64,000 nt of DNA from an uncultured Paraprevotella sp. (GTDB taxonomy: Bacteria > Bacteroidota > Bacteroidia > Bacteroidales > Bacteroidaceae). Below the pieces are notes generated by a model. That model was not told the origin of the DNA. It searched no databases and saw only the letters and a program-made list of their open reading frames with translations. The first letter of the stretch is position 1; each line of letters starts with the position of its first letter. A program made the translations under genes and the position numbers. The stretch is from positions 5,927 to 69,926 of the forward strand of contig CALULQ010000015.1 in the NCBI GenBank assembly GCA_944321525.1. The letters run 5' to 3'. Positions 9,533-20,528 of the stretch are shown piece by piece.

Positions 9533-10246
9533 TCAAATCTCAACGACATACGACTGCATCGTGCGCAGGTCGATGGTCCACAAGCGGCCGTCGAGCACGT
9601 CGCCGTAGCCGCACACCAGCTTCAACACCTCGTGGGCCTGAACGCCTCCCACCACGGCTGGCGTCATGCCCACCACGCCTTTCGAGGCCAAAGCCTGGCG
9701 GGCGGCGGCATCTTCTTCCGGATACAGGTCGCGATAGGTGCGACTGCCGGCGGTGCGGCAAAAGACGGCCACCTGCCCGCAAAAGCCCTCGACCGCACCG
9801 TAGACGTAGGGCCGGCCCAAAGCCACGCAGGCGTCGCTCAGCAGGTAGCGCGTGGCATAATTGTCGCACGCATCCACCACGACGTCATAGCGCCCCACCA
9901 ATTCGCGCACGTTTCCGGCCGACAGGCGGCACACGTGCGGCTCCACCTCCACGTCCGGGTTCAGCGCCCGCAAGCGGCGGGCTGCCGCCAAGGCCTTGGG
10001 TTGCCCCACCTCGTCCTCGGCATAGAGCACCTGCCGGTGAAGGTTGCTCCGCCCCACCCGGTCGTCGTCCACCAGTCCGATGCGCCCCACGCCCGCACCG
10101 GCCAGATAAAGCGACACCGGAGAGCCCAGCCCTCCGGCGCCCACAATCAGGACTCGGGCGCGGCGCAGGCGTTCCTGCCCCTCCGGCCCGATTTCCGGTA
10201 ACATTGTCTGGCGGTCGTACCGCCCTTCGTGTCGTTTCTCGTCCAT
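9533..10246 (-). CDS. thiF: ThiF/MoeB-family adenylyltransferase, last gene of the thi operon
   Basis: YDRQTMLPEIGPEGQERLRRARVLIVGAGGLGSPVSLYLAGAGVGRIGLVDDDRVGRSNLHRQ. Sits directly downstream of thiH, thiG and thiS. Confidence 0.8.
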   Translation of the reverse strand: MDEKRHEGRYDRQTMLPEIGPEGQERLRRARVLIVGAGGLGSPVSLYLAGAGVGRIGLVDDDRVGRSNLHRQVLYAEDEVGQPKALAAARRLRALNPDVEVEPHVCRLSAGNVRELVGRYDVVVDACDNYATRYLLSDACVALGRPYVYGAVEGFCGQVAVFCRTAGSRTYRDLYPEEDAAARQALASKGVVGMTPAVVGGVQAHEVLKLVCGYGDVLDGRLWTIDLRTMQSYVVEI

Positions 10247-10261
10247 ACGGCGTGTGCGGGT

Positions 10262-11398
10262 TCAAGCGCGACGAAAAGCCTTCAGGTCGAAACTGGCGTC
10301 CCAATCCTTCCACACGGGTTCGCGTCCGGCCCGTTTCAGCGCCTTCTCCACCTCCACGGCCGTGCGCTCGTCGCTCACGTGGAACTGCTCCAAGGCTTGA
10401 GGATAGGTGAAGTAGCCGCCCGGCTCGGTCTTGCTCTCCGCGCTCATCGTGGTCACGCCCAGCGTGGCCATGTGGTCGCGTATGGCCGCCGGCTCGCGGG
10501 TGGAATAGGAGATGTCCACGTCGTGGTCGAAGATGCGCATGGCAAAGGTGACCTGCGCCAGCTCGCGGTCGGTCATGACCACGTTGGGCTGGAAACCGCC
10601 GTTCTCCGACGGGCGCATGCGGGGGAAGTTCACGCTGTACTTCGTGCGCCAATAATGCTTCTGCAGGTAGCGCAAGTGATGGGCCATCATGGTGATGTCC
10701 GTGCGCCACTCCTTCTCCAGCCCGATAAGCACGCCCATGCCGATGGAATGCACTCCGGCCTGCCCCATGCGGTCGAAACCGTTGAGCCGCCACTCGAACT
10801 TCGACTTCATGCCGCGCGGATGGTAGATGTTGTAGTGCGCCTTGTTATAGGTCTCCTGGAAGCAGATGACGCCGTTCATCCCGTGCTTCATCAGTTCCGC
10901 ATACTCCTCCGCCTTCAGGGGCATCACCTCTATCTTCAGGTTGCTGAAGTAAGGCTTGGCCAGGTCGAGGGCACGCGCCAGATAGGGCACGCCGGCCTTG
11001 GCGGGGTTCTCGCCCGTCACGATGAGCAGGTTTTCAAAGGGGGCCAGCTTCTTGATGGCCTTGTATTCGTTCTCGATTTCCTCCTCCGTCAGGATGGTGC
11101 GGCGCATCGGGTTGCTGATGTGGAAGCCGCAATAGACGCACGAGTTGGTGCAGGAATTGGTGATATACAACGGGATGAACATGGACACCGTCTTGCCGAA
11201 ACGCTCCTCGGTGTACTTCCGGCTCAGGCGGGCCATGGTCTCCAGGTAAGGCTCGGCCGCGGGCGACACCATGGCCATAAAGTCCTCCACGTCGCAATGC
11301 TCTTTCGCCAAGGCGCGGCGCACGTCGGCGTCCGTCTTCGAAAGGATGCGCTCCGTGGTCTCGTCCCACGAGATTTTCTCTAATTCGTCAGAAAACAT
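10262..11398 (-). CDS. thiH: 2-iminoacetate synthase (radical SAM tyrosine lyase)
   Basis: Radical-SAM cluster motif ITNSCTNSCVYCGF. 378 aa. Sits in the thiS-thiG context. Confidence 0.92.
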   Translation of the reverse strand: MFSDELEKISWDETTERILSKTDADVRRALAKEHCDVEDFMAMVSPAAEPYLETMARLSRKYTEERFGKTVSMFIPLYITNSCTNSCVYCGFHISNPMRRTILTEEEIENEYKAIKKLAPFENLLIVTGENPAKAGVPYLARALDLAKPYFSNLKIEVMPLKAEEYAELMKHGMNGVICFQETYNKAHYNIYHPRGMKSKFEWRLNGFDRMGQAGVHSIGMGVLIGLEKEWRTDITMMAHHLRYLQKHYWRTKYSVNFPRMRPSENGGFQPNVVMTDRELAQVTFAMRIFDHDVDISYSTREPAAIRDHMATLGVTTMSAESKTEPGGYFTYPQALEQFHVSDERTAVEVEKALKRAGREPVWKDWDASFDLKAFRRA

Positions 11399-11413
11399 TT
11401 CGCTCCTCCTTCC

Positions 11414-12190
11414 TTATTCGTTCAAAAATGCCGTCAGGGGCGAACTGGCCTCCGCCACGAAACTGTCGGCCTGCAGGCCCAGCCCGGCCTCGTAGGCCAT
11501 GCGGCCGGCCTCGACGGCCTGCCTGAAGGCCCGCGCCATGGCCACGGGGTCGCCCGCCACGGCGATGGCCGTGTTCACCAGACAAGCCGAAGCGCCCATC
11601 TCCATGGCCTCGGCGGCATGGCTGGGCGCGCCGATGCCGGCGTCGACCACCACCGGCACGTTGGCCTGCTCAATGATGATGCGCAGGAAGTCGCGGGTCT
11701 GCAGCCCCTTGTTCGTCCCGATGGGCGCGCCCAACGGCATCACGGTGGCCGCTCCGGCCTCCTCCAGATGCTTGCACAGCGTGGGGTCGGCCTGGCAATA
11801 AGGCAGCACGACGAATCCCATCTTCACCAACTGCTCCGTGGCCTTCAGCGTCTCCGTCGAATCCGGCAACAGATAGCGGGGATCGGGATGGATTTCCAGC
11901 TTCAGCCAGTTCGTGCCGAAGGCCTCGCGGGCCATCTGCGCGGCAAACACGGCCTCCTCGGCGTTTCGCACGCCGGAAGTGTTCGGCAGCAGTTGGATGT
12001 CCGGGCCCGCCACATGCCTGAGCATGTCGTCGTCCTTGTCGTCCAGTTCGATGCGTTTCATGGCCACCGTCACCATCTCCGTGCCGGAAGCCTTGATGGC
12101 CTGCGCCATCAGTTCGTTGGAATTAAACTTTCCAGTACCCAAAAACAAGCGGGACGTGAATTCGCGCCCGGCTATGACTAATTTCTCCAT
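11414..12190 (-). CDS. thiG: thiazole synthase
   Basis: 258 aa: [10 protein letters not shown] .. VTVAMKR .. LLPNTSG .. [14 protein letters not shown] .. [14 protein letters not shown], typical of ThiG. Confidence 0.95.
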   Translation of the reverse strand: MEKLVIAGREFTSRLFLGTGKFNSNELMAQAIKASGTEMVTVAMKRIELDDKDDDMLRHVAGPDIQLLPNTSGVRNAEEAVFAAQMAREAFGTNWLKLEIHPDPRYLLPDSTETLKATEQLVKMGFVVLPYCQADPTLCKHLEEAGAATVMPLGAPIGTNKGLQTRDFLRIIIEQANVPVVVDAGIGAPSHAAEAMEMGASACLVNTAIAVAGDPVAMARAFRQAVEAGRMAYEAGLGLQADSFVAEASSPLTAFLNE

Positions 12191-12245
12191 TGTCTTCTAT
12201 GCTTTATTTTCCGTTTCAAACCCAAATATGCTTTCGCCCCTCCGG

Positions 12246-12443
12246 CTATCCGCCGCACGCCGCCTTGATGATCACGAGGCTCATGCCCTCAGCCAAGGCA
12301 AAGTCCGCCCAACCGGCACGGGGCACCATGCGGTTGTCCACCGCCACGGCCACTCCCTGGGCCGGAAGCGCCAATTCGTCCACCAAAGCAGCAATCGATG
12401 AAGCCGCCGTTTCCACTTCCTTGTTGTTCACCTTAATCTTCAT
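12246..12443 (-). CDS. thiS: sulfur-carrier protein ThiS
   Basis: 65 aa, MKIKVNNKEVE...VIIKAACGG, ending in Gly-Gly. The listed ORF 12246..12527 extends upstream into the riboswitch, so Met at 12443 was chosen. Confidence 0.9.
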   Translation of the reverse strand: MKIKVNNKEVETAASSIAALVDELALPAQGVAVAVDNRMVPRAGWADFALAEGMSLVIIKAACGG

Positions 12444-12519
12444 GTCCGTATCGCATTTGTTATCATAACGAGGCAAAAACAAAGAAGCACCGCCCCTTGC
12501 GGCATAGAGCAGAAAAAAG

Positions 12520-12600
12520 AAATCCAATCCCTACGGCAGTACGAACTGCATCAGGTTCGAGGGTATAATCTCAGCCCCAACCCGGGCACCCCTTTGTCTT
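12520..12600 (-). promoter_or_regulatory. TPP (THI-box) riboswitch leading thiS-thiG-thiH-thiF
   Basis: The minus strand reads GGGGTGCCCGGGTTGGGGCTGAGATTATACCCTCGAACCTGATGCAGTTCGTACTGCCGTAGGGA. The GGGGUGC, CUGAGA and ACCUGAU...GCCGUAGGGA blocks are all present. Confidence 0.9.
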
Positions 12601-12609
12601 CACTGGCCA

Positions 12610-12617
12610 CAAAGATA
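12610..12617 (-). promoter_or_regulatory. putative -7 promoter box (TAnnTTTG) for the thi leader
   Basis: The minus strand reads TATCTTTG about 10 nt upstream of the riboswitch 5' end. Confidence 0.5.
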
Positions 12618-12863
12618 CGGAAAAAAAGGAAAGGGTGTCACTCCGCGCCCCACATTTTTATCCCTCCGCGGAAACTTTCCGCCCCGCAGTCCCCCCAAGC
12701 TCCCGCCCGGACACCGGCCGTCCGGACTGTCCGCCACAGGATAGCAAGAGGGTAATCGTTCTGGCGGGTTTAAGAACCTGCAACCATCAAACACAAGAGG
12801 TTCACCCTTATCAAATATTCAGTTGGGTGATTTTCTACATGCCACCAACAGGAATGAGCCTTT

Positions 12864-13964
12864 TTAGAAATCCTGACCTTCAGTAACCTCCGGCTTTAAA
12901 CCAGAGGAAACGGATGACATGTTCCATATCCTCTCATACTTTTTTAAACGCTGATTTAACCTGCCCGGTATATCTTCCATATCCTGATTGTCTGCGACAT
13001 GAAGAAGATTCAGCGCTCTTTTGAAGAGACCGTCCTGATTAAATTCCAATATCATGTAGTCCGCGTAGGGATATAATCCAATGTTAGGAGTAAGGCAACT
13101 CTTGACAGCGAAAAAGAAATAGCGTGTTCCCGACACAATATAGCTGCACGGTGTCCACATTATATTCTTTGGCATGCAATCGCAATCAAGGGTGTCCGGG
13201 ATAAAGTCGAAGCTGGCTGGAATCGGCAGTTCGGCATCCTGCCGTCGGATGAACAGAGAATCATTGGCATAGGGTTTGTTCCACTTTTCAAAACATGACA
13301 GGAACTGTTCAAATGTGATATGGTCGTCGCTTTCCTTTGCCCGTTTGAACTCCTTTTGAGGCGCACCGATTGGCTTATCTTCAATACTCCCTTCTGAGTC
13401 TATGATGAATTCATGGCTCCGGACGGTATAAGCAAGGTCTTTCTTGTACTGCAACAACAGACTACAATCATCCAACGAACCTTGTTCAGCCAAGAATCCC
13501 AGTGGGCGTTGAGTGGGCCGGATGCGGGTAAAGTATGCTTCGCCCCTATGCCCTATTACTTTGTGGTCCAAAACTTTCCCTTGAAGGGAATAGGTGATGA
13601 GCATATAGTCCGTCACAAGGTTTTCCATCAGCCACCGACTATTACCGTCCTGGTAATCCGGGCAATGCCTTTGCAACATAACAATCACAAAGTCCTCGCA
13701 TTTCATGTAACCTCCTTGTTGCCAAAAGATGTCTGCTGGCTTACATAAACAGTCACTTGCATCTGAAGGCAGAAATTTCTCATACATATCCCCGTCGAGT
13801 GTCGAGGATATGGCACTATCCCCAAAAGACGCAAGTTCAATCCGGGCGCACATTTTGAACTCGGACAAGAAAGTTGAGAAAAGAACCGGTTGAGCTGTCA
13901 CCTCAGCCAATGACAATAAGAAAAAGCAAAGAAATAAGCTACGTAAAAGCATAATGACTCCCAA
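12864..13964 (-). CDS. hypothetical secreted protein with an internally duplicated ~170-aa module; low-GC gene
   Basis: Signal peptide MLLRSLFLCFFLLSLAEVTAQ. The two halves share F..FLS.F, F.P....C.C.P..I.W and DYM(L/I).. blocks. Visibly AT-richer than its neighbours. No family recognised. Confidence 0.7.
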   Translation of the reverse strand: MGVIMLLRSLFLCFFLLSLAEVTAQPVLFSTFLSEFKMCARIELASFGDSAISSTLDGDMYEKFLPSDASDCLCKPADIFWQQGGYMKCEDFVIVMLQRHCPDYQDGNSRWLMENLVTDYMLITYSLQGKVLDHKVIGHRGEAYFTRIRPTQRPLGFLAEQGSLDDCSLLLQYKKDLAYTVRSHEFIIDSEGSIEDKPIGAPQKEFKRAKESDDHITFEQFLSCFEKWNKPYANDSLFIRRQDAELPIPASFDFIPDTLDCDCMPKNIMWTPCSYIVSGTRYFFFAVKSCLTPNIGLYPYADYMILEFNQDGLFKRALNLLHVADNQDMEDIPGRLNQRLKKYERIWNMSSVSSGLKPEVTEGQDF

Positions 13965-14456
13965 TTTGTTTTTTATCTAACAGAAGATCGGTTCTGTTAA
14001 ATCCACATCCGGTCCTCTGATAAAACATATTTATATTATCAAGTCCCCCTTCCGGCGGATTTACCCACCCCATCACAACCAGATACAAAGGCGTTCAAAC
14101 CACTTAATCCTCTTGTTTTGTACTCATATTGTTCCCTTAACCAATAAGGGCGAACCACCATCTATCAATTAAAACATTCACATTCAGAAAAAACCGTTTC
14201 AAACCAAATGAAACAGAAAACGCCCTTTTATCAAATAAACCTCCCGCTAACCCGCTTTGGGCCAACTGGATGTTGCAAAATTAAAAAAATATTTATTCGG
14301 AAGGTATAAAAGGCAAAGGCATTAACTTAAATTAATATAAAAAGAATGAGGAGCATGTCAGGCCGGAAACAGGACCCGAATGACAAGGACGGAGCACGCG
14401 GAAGAAGGGAAAGGGTGGAGCGCACGGGCGCATCCGGACAAGCGCACCGCCGGATT

Positions 14457-14496
14457 GTACTCTGCGGAGAGTACTCGAGTACTTGCCGCAAGGTAC
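14457..14496. repeat. GTAC-framed palindromic repeat, copy 2 (two arms)
   Basis: GTACTCTGCGGAGAGTACTCGAGTACTTGCCGCAAGGTAC, about 120 nt downstream of the ferritin gene. Confidence 0.9.
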
Positions 14497-14613
14497 GCTG
14501 GCGGAGACCGCAGGAAGGCGACGGGACAAAGGGACGGACGGAAACCGACGGGCACGAAAAAAGGCACGCCCCGCAGGACGCACCTCTATGTTTCTTTGGC
14601 CGAAGGACGGCGG

Positions 14614-15096
14614 TCAGGCGCGCTGGCCCAACTTGTCGTCGATGAACAGGAGGGCGGACTTGCCGGCCTTGCGGATTTTCTCCACGATGCCTTGGGCCGT
14701 GGCCTCTTCCTCCACCTGCTCGCGCACGTAGTTCCACAGGAAGTCCTGCGAAGCCATGTCCTTGTCTTCCGAAGCCACCTTGACGAGGCTCTCGATGAGC
14801 TTGGACACGTTGCACTCGTGCTCGTAGACGTTTTCAAACACTTCCAACACTCCGTCCCACTGCTGGGGCACGACGTCTATCTTGTCTACCTTGGCCACTC
14901 CGCCGCGCTTGATGAGGTAGGCGGCCATGTCGTAGGCATGGGCCAGTTCCTCTTGCGACTGCTTCTTCAACCAATTGGCGCAACCGTCGTAGCCTTCTTT
15001 CTGCAAGAAGAATGACATGGAGAGATACAAGTTGGCCGACCACATTTCTGCCGTGATCTGGTCGTTGATGGCTTTTTGCAATTTGTCTGAGATCAT
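14614..15096 (-). CDS. ftnA: non-haem ferritin
   Basis: 160 aa: INDQITAEMWSANLYLSMSFF .. QSQEELAHAYDMAAYL .. ENVYEHECNVS, ferroxidase-centre Glu/His pattern. Confidence 0.9.
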   Translation of the reverse strand: MISDKLQKAINDQITAEMWSANLYLSMSFFLQKEGYDGCANWLKKQSQEELAHAYDMAAYLIKRGGVAKVDKIDVVPQQWDGVLEVFENVYEHECNVSKLIESLVKVASEDKDMASQDFLWNYVREQVEEEATAQGIVEKIRKAGKSALLFIDDKLGQRA

Positions 15097-15206
15097 TTTC
15101 GTATGAATTAAAAAGTTAAACTCCTATTGGGTATTCAACAACAACGATGCCAGAACGTGCGTTCCGGGCGGCCTTGTCAGCTATTAAATCTTAAAAAAGC
15201 GGTTTG

Positions 15207-15793
<587 letters not shown>

Positions 15794-15794
<1 letters not shown>

Positions 15795-16321
15795 CAGTAA
15801 GGTATGAGTATGACAGATTTCACGATCAGGGCTTCGTCGAACTGCTTTGTGGCGCGCATTTCATGCAATGCCTGGTTGGCCTCCTCGTAGGTGCGGAAAT
15901 CGCCCACGCGGCAAATCCACCGCGGGCTCTGGAAGTGCGTGTAGGTGGGCATGTCGCCGAAGTAGTCCTTCACTTTCTCTGCCATCCGCTGTGCCTCCTG
16001 CCGTGCCGTGCGCGAATTGCCTCCGGCATAGACTTGTATGCGGTAGCCCACGGCCTTCATCTTGCGTGGGGGCTTGACGGCGGTGAAGGGCGCCTCGGCG
16101 TCGGCCGCACTGTCCTTGGCTCCGGCCGCCTGTGTTCCCTTCGCGGCGGAGGTGGCGGCCTTGGTGCCGTTGACCAGGCGAGTGATTTCGGCGTCCTGAA
16201 TCAGACGCACCTTTCCCTGCCCTTCCTCCGGCTTCACCAACTGGTCCACGAACTTCTGCTGGGCCCATGCTCCGGCGAAAGGCATAGCACATAAGCATAA
16301 TGACAAGAGCAACTGTTTCAT
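15794..16321 (-). CDS. SPOR domain-containing protein
   Basis: Signal peptide, an Ala-rich linker, then a C-terminal SPOR-like block [44 protein letters not shown]. Its stop overlaps the folE start by 1 nt. Confidence 0.8.
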
Positions 16322-16345
16322 CGTTCTATCTTTTGAAAATCCATA

Positions 16346-16390
16346 AAAAAGAAGCCATTCCGGCCGGCGCGGGGCAAGCCGGAACGACTT
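16346..16390 (-). terminator. probable intrinsic terminator after tpiA
   Basis: The minus strand has a TTCCGGC..GCCGGAA stem followed by TGGCTTCTTTTTT. Confidence 0.5.
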
Positions 16391-16405
16391 TTCATATCCG
16401 TAAGG

Positions 16406-17167
16406 TCAAGCTTTCCAGGCGTCGATGATGCCCTTGAAGTCGGCACACTTCAGGGCAGCGCCGCCAATCAGTCCGCCGTCCACGTCGGGCTTGGCGAAGA
16501 TTTCCTTGGCGTTGGTCGGCTTGCAGCTGCCGCCATAGAGGATGGACACGTTCTCGGCAGCCTCGGCACCGAACTTCTCGGCGATGGTGGCGCGGATGAA
16601 GGCGTGCATTTCCTCGGCTTGCTCGGCCGTGGCCGTCTTGCCCGTACCGATGGCCCATACCGGCTCGTATGCCAGGATGATGTTAGAGAACTGCTCTGCG
16701 GTCAGGTCGAAGAGCGATCCGGCCAGTTGAGCCTTCACCACTTCGTTCTGCTTGTTGGCCTCGCGCTCTTCCAGCACCTCGCCGATGCAGAAGATGACCT
16801 TCAGGCCGTTGGCCAAAGCCAGATTGACTTTCTCCTTCAGGATTTCGGCCGTCTCGCCATAATAGGCGCGGCGCTCGGAGTGGCCCAGGATGACGTACTG
16901 CGCGCCCGTGGACTTCACCATGGCGGCGGAAACCTCGCCCGTGTAGGCGCCTTTCTCCTTGTCGGCGCAGTTCTCGGCACCCAAGCCGATGACGCTTCCG
17001 TCCAAAACTGCGGCCACGGAAGCCAGGTGGATGAACGGCGTGCAGATCACCACATCGCAATTCGGCGCGTCGGCCGCCAAAGCATTCTTCAACTCAGTAG
17101 CCAAAGCTACACCTTCCTGCAGGTTCAGGTTCATTTTCCAGTTGCCTGCTACAATTTTCTTTCTCAT
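16406..17167 (-). CDS. tpiA: triosephosphate isomerase module; can start at internal Met 17167
   Basis: [13 protein letters not shown] .. ILGHSERR .. [11 protein letters not shown] .. ILYGGS .. [10 protein letters not shown]. 253 codons from ATG 17167, in frame with the upstream ORF. Confidence 0.93.
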   Translation of the reverse strand: MRKKIVAGNWKMNLNLQEGVALATELKNALAADAPNCDVVICTPFIHLASVAAVLDGSVIGLGAENCADKEKGAYTGEVSAAMVKSTGAQYVILGHSERRAYYGETAEILKEKVNLALANGLKVIFCIGEVLEEREANKQNEVVKAQLAGSLFDLTAEQFSNIILAYEPVWAIGTGKTATAEQAEEMHAFIRATIAEKFGAEAAENVSILYGGSCKPTNAKEIFAKPDVDGGLIGGAALKCADFKGIIDAWKA

Positions 17168-18469
17168 TTCTCTTCGTTTTAAAAGGTTTATGATTCGGTT
17201 CTTATGCTTCATCTTCTTATACATTTTGCTGCCCACCCATATCCGGTCGGCCGAGACCAGGACAAACAGCGGGACGAGGAACCACAGGAGCACCCGCAGC
17301 GTGGTCATCATCCGCGAAGCCGACTGCAGCCGGCCCAATTCGCTCTCTTCGAGCGGCGCCTCCAGGTCGCTCTCTTCGGGCAGTTCATTGCATCCCCACT
17401 TGTTGTACACCGTGCCGCCCTTGAGCAACACCAGCCCGGGATTGGAGCGCACGACCGTCTTCAGGGTGATTTCGTCGGTCAGTCCGAAGGGATATTCGGC
17501 GCCCGTCAGGTCTTGCCAGCGGGCAATCTCGCCGTCGCCCGAAGCCGTCAGGCAATAGAAGGCATACCCGTGTTGCTGGCAAAAGTCGTAAAGCTCGTTG
17601 ATGCGGTCGATATTGCTGTCGTCGGCCTGCTCCAGATAGGGCGCGACGAGCAGAAACGTGTACCCCGTGTCGGCCAACACCTGCTCCGTGACGTCCTCGC
17701 CCTCGGGCCACGTGGCGATGGAGAAGTCGTGCACCGGAGGCACGTAGCCTTCCTTGACGAGCACGGTCTTGCTGTCCACGAAGTGCCACGCCGTGTCTTC
17801 GGGATAGTCCTCCAACGAAAATTCACGCTCCACCCCGTCCTTCTCCAAGACAAAGGTAGTGGCATACTCCGGCTCTTCTTCCCCGGCAGGCACCACCATC
17901 CCTTGCGGCAGGTTGGCGCCGATGTGGTAAGGGCGGAAATCGAACACGGGAAGATAGTAGAGGCAAAAGCCCGACAACACGAAAGCAAAAACGATGGAAT
18001 AAAGGGAGATGGTCCATTGGTTGCGCTCCGACACGAGACGGTTCATCAGCCGATGATAGCGGAACACAATGACCGACATGGCCAGCAACACGACATTCTT
18101 GCCGAATGTTTCCCAATTCGTCAAGGTCACCGCGTCGCCGAAACACCCGCAGTCCGAAACGGGGTCGGTCAGCGCCAGGTAAAGGGTCAGGGGCGTCATC
18201 GCCGACATGAACAGCAAGAAAAGCCACGAAGTCGTGCGCCGGCGGATGCCGAAAAACATGTAGATGCCAATGCAAAACTCGAACACGGCCAGCAGGACCG
18301 CCAGCCACAAGGGCAGGAAACCGGGCACCCAAGCCGACCAACCGAAGGCTTGGAAATAGTCTTCCAGCTTGTATTGGGTGCCATGCGGGTCCACGACTTT
18401 CACCAACCCGGAAAAGACGAACGTGAAAGCCAGCACCAACCGGCTGAAATTCACCAAAGCCCAACGCAT
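16406..18469 (-). CDS. continuous ORF: BT_3928-family (DoxX/MauE-like TM + thioredoxin-like + C-terminal TM) protein fused in frame to TpiA
   Basis: No stop codon between ..[26 protein letters not shown] and [13 protein letters not shown]; I re-translated the junction at 17160-17280. Met 18469 is the preferred start; the listed ORF starts at 18493 and overlaps the DUF1599 gene. Confidence 0.7.
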   Translation of the reverse strand: MRWALVNFSRLVLAFTFVFSGLVKVVDPHGTQYKLEDYFQAFGWSAWVPGFLPLWLAVLLAVFEFCIGIYMFFGIRRRTTSWLFLLFMSAMTPLTLYLALTDPVSDCGCFGDAVTLTNWETFGKNVVLLAMSVIVFRYHRLMNRLVSERNQWTISLYSIVFAFVLSGFCLYYLPVFDFRPYHIGANLPQGMVVPAGEEEPEYATTFVLEKDGVEREFSLEDYPEDTAWHFVDSKTVLVKEGYVPPVHDFSIATWPEGEDVTEQVLADTGYTFLLVAPYLEQADDSNIDRINELYDFCQQHGYAFYCLTASGDGEIARWQDLTGAEYPFGLTDEITLKTVVRSNPGLVLLKGGTVYNKWGCNELPEESDLEAPLEESELGRLQSASRMMTTLRVLLWFLVPLFVLVSADRIWVGSKMYKKMKHKNRIINLLKRREMRKKIVAGNWKMNLNLQEGVALATELKNALAADAPNCDVVICTPFIHLASVAAVLDGSVIGLGAENCADKEKGAYTGEVSAAMVKSTGAQYVILGHSERRAYYGETAEILKEKVNLALANGLKVIFCIGEVLEEREANKQNEVVKAQLAGSLFDLTAEQFSNIILAYEPVWAIGTGKTATAEQAEEMHAFIRATIAEKFGAEAAENVSILYGGSCKPTNAKEIFAKPDVDGGLIGGAALKCADFKGIIDAWKA

Positions 18470-18482
18470 CTTCTGTCCCGCC

Positions 18483-19052
18483 CTACTCACCAAACGTCAA
18501 TTTTATCAGTCCGAACACAGCATAATTCAACATGTCCATATAGTTGGCATCCACGCCCTCCGACACCAATGTCCGGCCCGACAGGGCCTCAATCTGCTTG
18601 GTGCGGTAGAGTTTCATCAGTATCAAGTCGGTATAGGAACTGACACGCATGCCGCGCCATGCTTCGTCGTAATCATGGTTTTTCTTCAACATCAGCTCCA
18701 GCGACCGCGTCGCGTGCTTGTCATACAGCGCCAAGGCGCGCTCCGCATCCATGTCCTCCGCATCGGCATAACCCTGCTCCAGTTGGATCAGTCCCACGAT
18801 GCTGTAATTCACGATGGCGATGAACTCCGGCCTTATGCCTTCGCCCACCAGCGACACGCCCTTGGTCTCCAGGCTGCGGATGCGGTTGGCTTTGATGAAA
18901 ATCTGGTCGGTCACGGAAGAAGGCCGCAGGATGCGCCATGCCGCACCATAGTCGTGCAACTTCTTGGCAAAAAGTTCGCGACACTCTTTCATTATCTGCT
19001 CAAATTGTTCCTGCGTATCCATCTTTCCTCTGCTTGATGCCCTGCATGCCAT
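18483..19052 (-). CDS. DUF1599 domain-containing protein
   Basis: [35 protein letters not shown] plus a second similar half, [34 protein letters not shown] more likely start is Met 19022 (MDTQEQ..). Confidence 0.8.
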   Translation of the reverse strand: MACRASSRGKMDTQEQFEQIMKECRELFAKKLHDYGAAWRILRPSSVTDQIFIKANRIRSLETKGVSLVGEGIRPEFIAIVNYSIVGLIQLEQGYADAEDMDAERALALYDKHATRSLELMLKKNHDYDEAWRGMRVSSYTDLILMKLYRTKQIEALSGRTLVSEGVDANYMDMLNYAVFGLIKLTFGE

Positions 19053-19133
19053 GCAGGATTATCACTCTTCTTCGAACATTATAAAGAAGAGTTTGCCATT
19101 CGCATGACAAACTCTTCTCTTAAAAACTAATGC

Positions 19134-20027
19134 TTATGAATATTTAAGAATTTGCCCTGGACGAAGTATCGTCTTACGCGTAATTCCATTTAACTTGCAC
19201 AAATTGCTTATCGTCGTGCCACACTTCTTCGCGATGACAGACAAGCTTTCGCCCGACTTCACGCGATGCACTTTCGTGCGCGGCTTGGCCGTAGGCTTCG
19301 GGCGCGTGGTGGAGCTCTTGGCCACCTCCGCCGCCTTGCTCTTGCCGGAACGGAAGATGTAATAATCGCCCGTCACGTCCTGCGCCACGAAGTCGAACAT
19401 CTCGGCGGGATTGATGGCCTGCCCCAGGAAGCGCGTCTCGAAATGCAGGTGTGACCCCGTGGAGCGCCCCGTGTTGCCACCCAAACCAATAGGTTCACCG
19501 GCATGCACAATCTGGTTCTCTTTCACCAAATGTTTCGACAAATGGCCATAGATGGTCTCCAAACCATTGGGATGGCGGATTACCACATACTTGCCGTAGC
19601 CCTTCCTCTCGTAGTCTACGATACGCACTTTACCACTAAACGCCGAACGAATGGTATCCCCGATGTACACCTTGATGTCCAACCCTTTGTGCTGACGACG
19701 GAAACTGGCACGATAACCATAATTAGAGGTAATCCTCGTGCTCGGCGTCGGCATGCAGAAATGCCGCAAGTCTATCTTATATTCTTCCGGCAACTCTACA
19801 TCGTACTTGTGGGCATACTGGTTGTTCCAATCGGGATAAAGACCAAACGCGGGGTTTTCAAGCTGCTCGTCACCCACCAAACGCTGCAGGGCGACAGAGT
19901 CCACGGCTCTCATTTTCTTGTCCAGCGGGGCTTGGCGGGCCAACAAGTCTTGTCCGGCAACCGGCAAGCTGAAAAGCGCCAACGCCACCACGGCTCCTGT
20001 CTTAAGTCTTTTGAAATTGGAAAACAT
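19134..20027 (-). CDS. M23 family peptidoglycan metalloendopeptidase with C-terminal LysM domain
   Basis: HKGLDIKV .. HPNGLETIYGHL .. GNTGRSTGSHLHFE. LysM block HRVKSGESLSVIAKKCGTTISNLCKLNGI. Confidence 0.88.
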   Translation of the reverse strand: MFSNFKRLKTGAVVALALFSLPVAGQDLLARQAPLDKKMRAVDSVALQRLVGDEQLENPAFGLYPDWNNQYAHKYDVELPEEYKIDLRHFCMPTPSTRITSNYGYRASFRRQHKGLDIKVYIGDTIRSAFSGKVRIVDYERKGYGKYVVIRHPNGLETIYGHLSKHLVKENQIVHAGEPIGLGGNTGRSTGSHLHFETRFLGQAINPAEMFDFVAQDVTGDYYIFRSGKSKAAEVAKSSTTRPKPTAKPRTKVHRVKSGESLSVIAKKCGTTISNLCKLNGITRKTILRPGQILKYS

Positions 20028-20066
20028 TTACTTTTAATTATTGATTTAATAAGTTCTCGTTCTCTT

Positions 20067-20528
20067 TCAACGCTCGCCTGACGAGTATTTGAAACTCAGG
20101 GTAGCCGGTTCGTAACCGAAAATTTCTTCGCGCTTGAAGAAACGCGCCAACTCTATCGCGGCATTCTCCGGAGAGTCCGACGCATGGACGATGTTGTGCT
20201 GGTTACTCATGCAATAGTCTCCACGAATGGTTCCCGGAGCCGCGGCACGGCCATTGGTCGCCCCCGTCATGGCGCGCACCACCTGAACGGCCTCCACGCC
20301 TTCCAAGCAGCAGGCAATGACCGGAGTGGCCATCATGGAGTCCTTCAATTCCCTAAAAAATGATTTCTCGCGCAGATGGGCATAGTGCTCATCCAAAATC
20401 TCATCAGTGAGTTGCATCATCTTCATGCCAGCCAGCCTCAGTCCTTTTTTCTCAAAACGATTGATTATTTCTCCTACAATCCCCCTCTGCAAGGCAGAAG
20501 GTTTCAATAAGACCAAGGTTTGCTCCAT
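20067..20528 (-). CDS. ndk: nucleoside-diphosphate kinase
   Basis: TLVLLKPSALQRGIVGEIINRFEKKGL .. GTIRGDY .. NIVHASDS (active-site His). Confidence 0.95.
   Translation of the reverse strand: MEQTLVLLKPSALQRGIVGEIINRFEKKGLRLAGMKMMQLTDEILDEHYAHLREKSFFRELKDSMMATPVIACCLEGVEAVQVVRAMTGATNGRAAAPGTIRGDYCMSNQHNIVHASDSPENAAIELARFFKREEIFGYEPATLSFKYSSGER

Noticed and set aside
9460-10410. A 316-aa plus-strand ORF and other Arg/Pro-rich ORFs across the thiF-thiH region.
   Set aside because: They are antisense to clear ThiF and ThiH coding sequence, with extreme R/P/A/G composition typical of off-frame GC-rich DNA.
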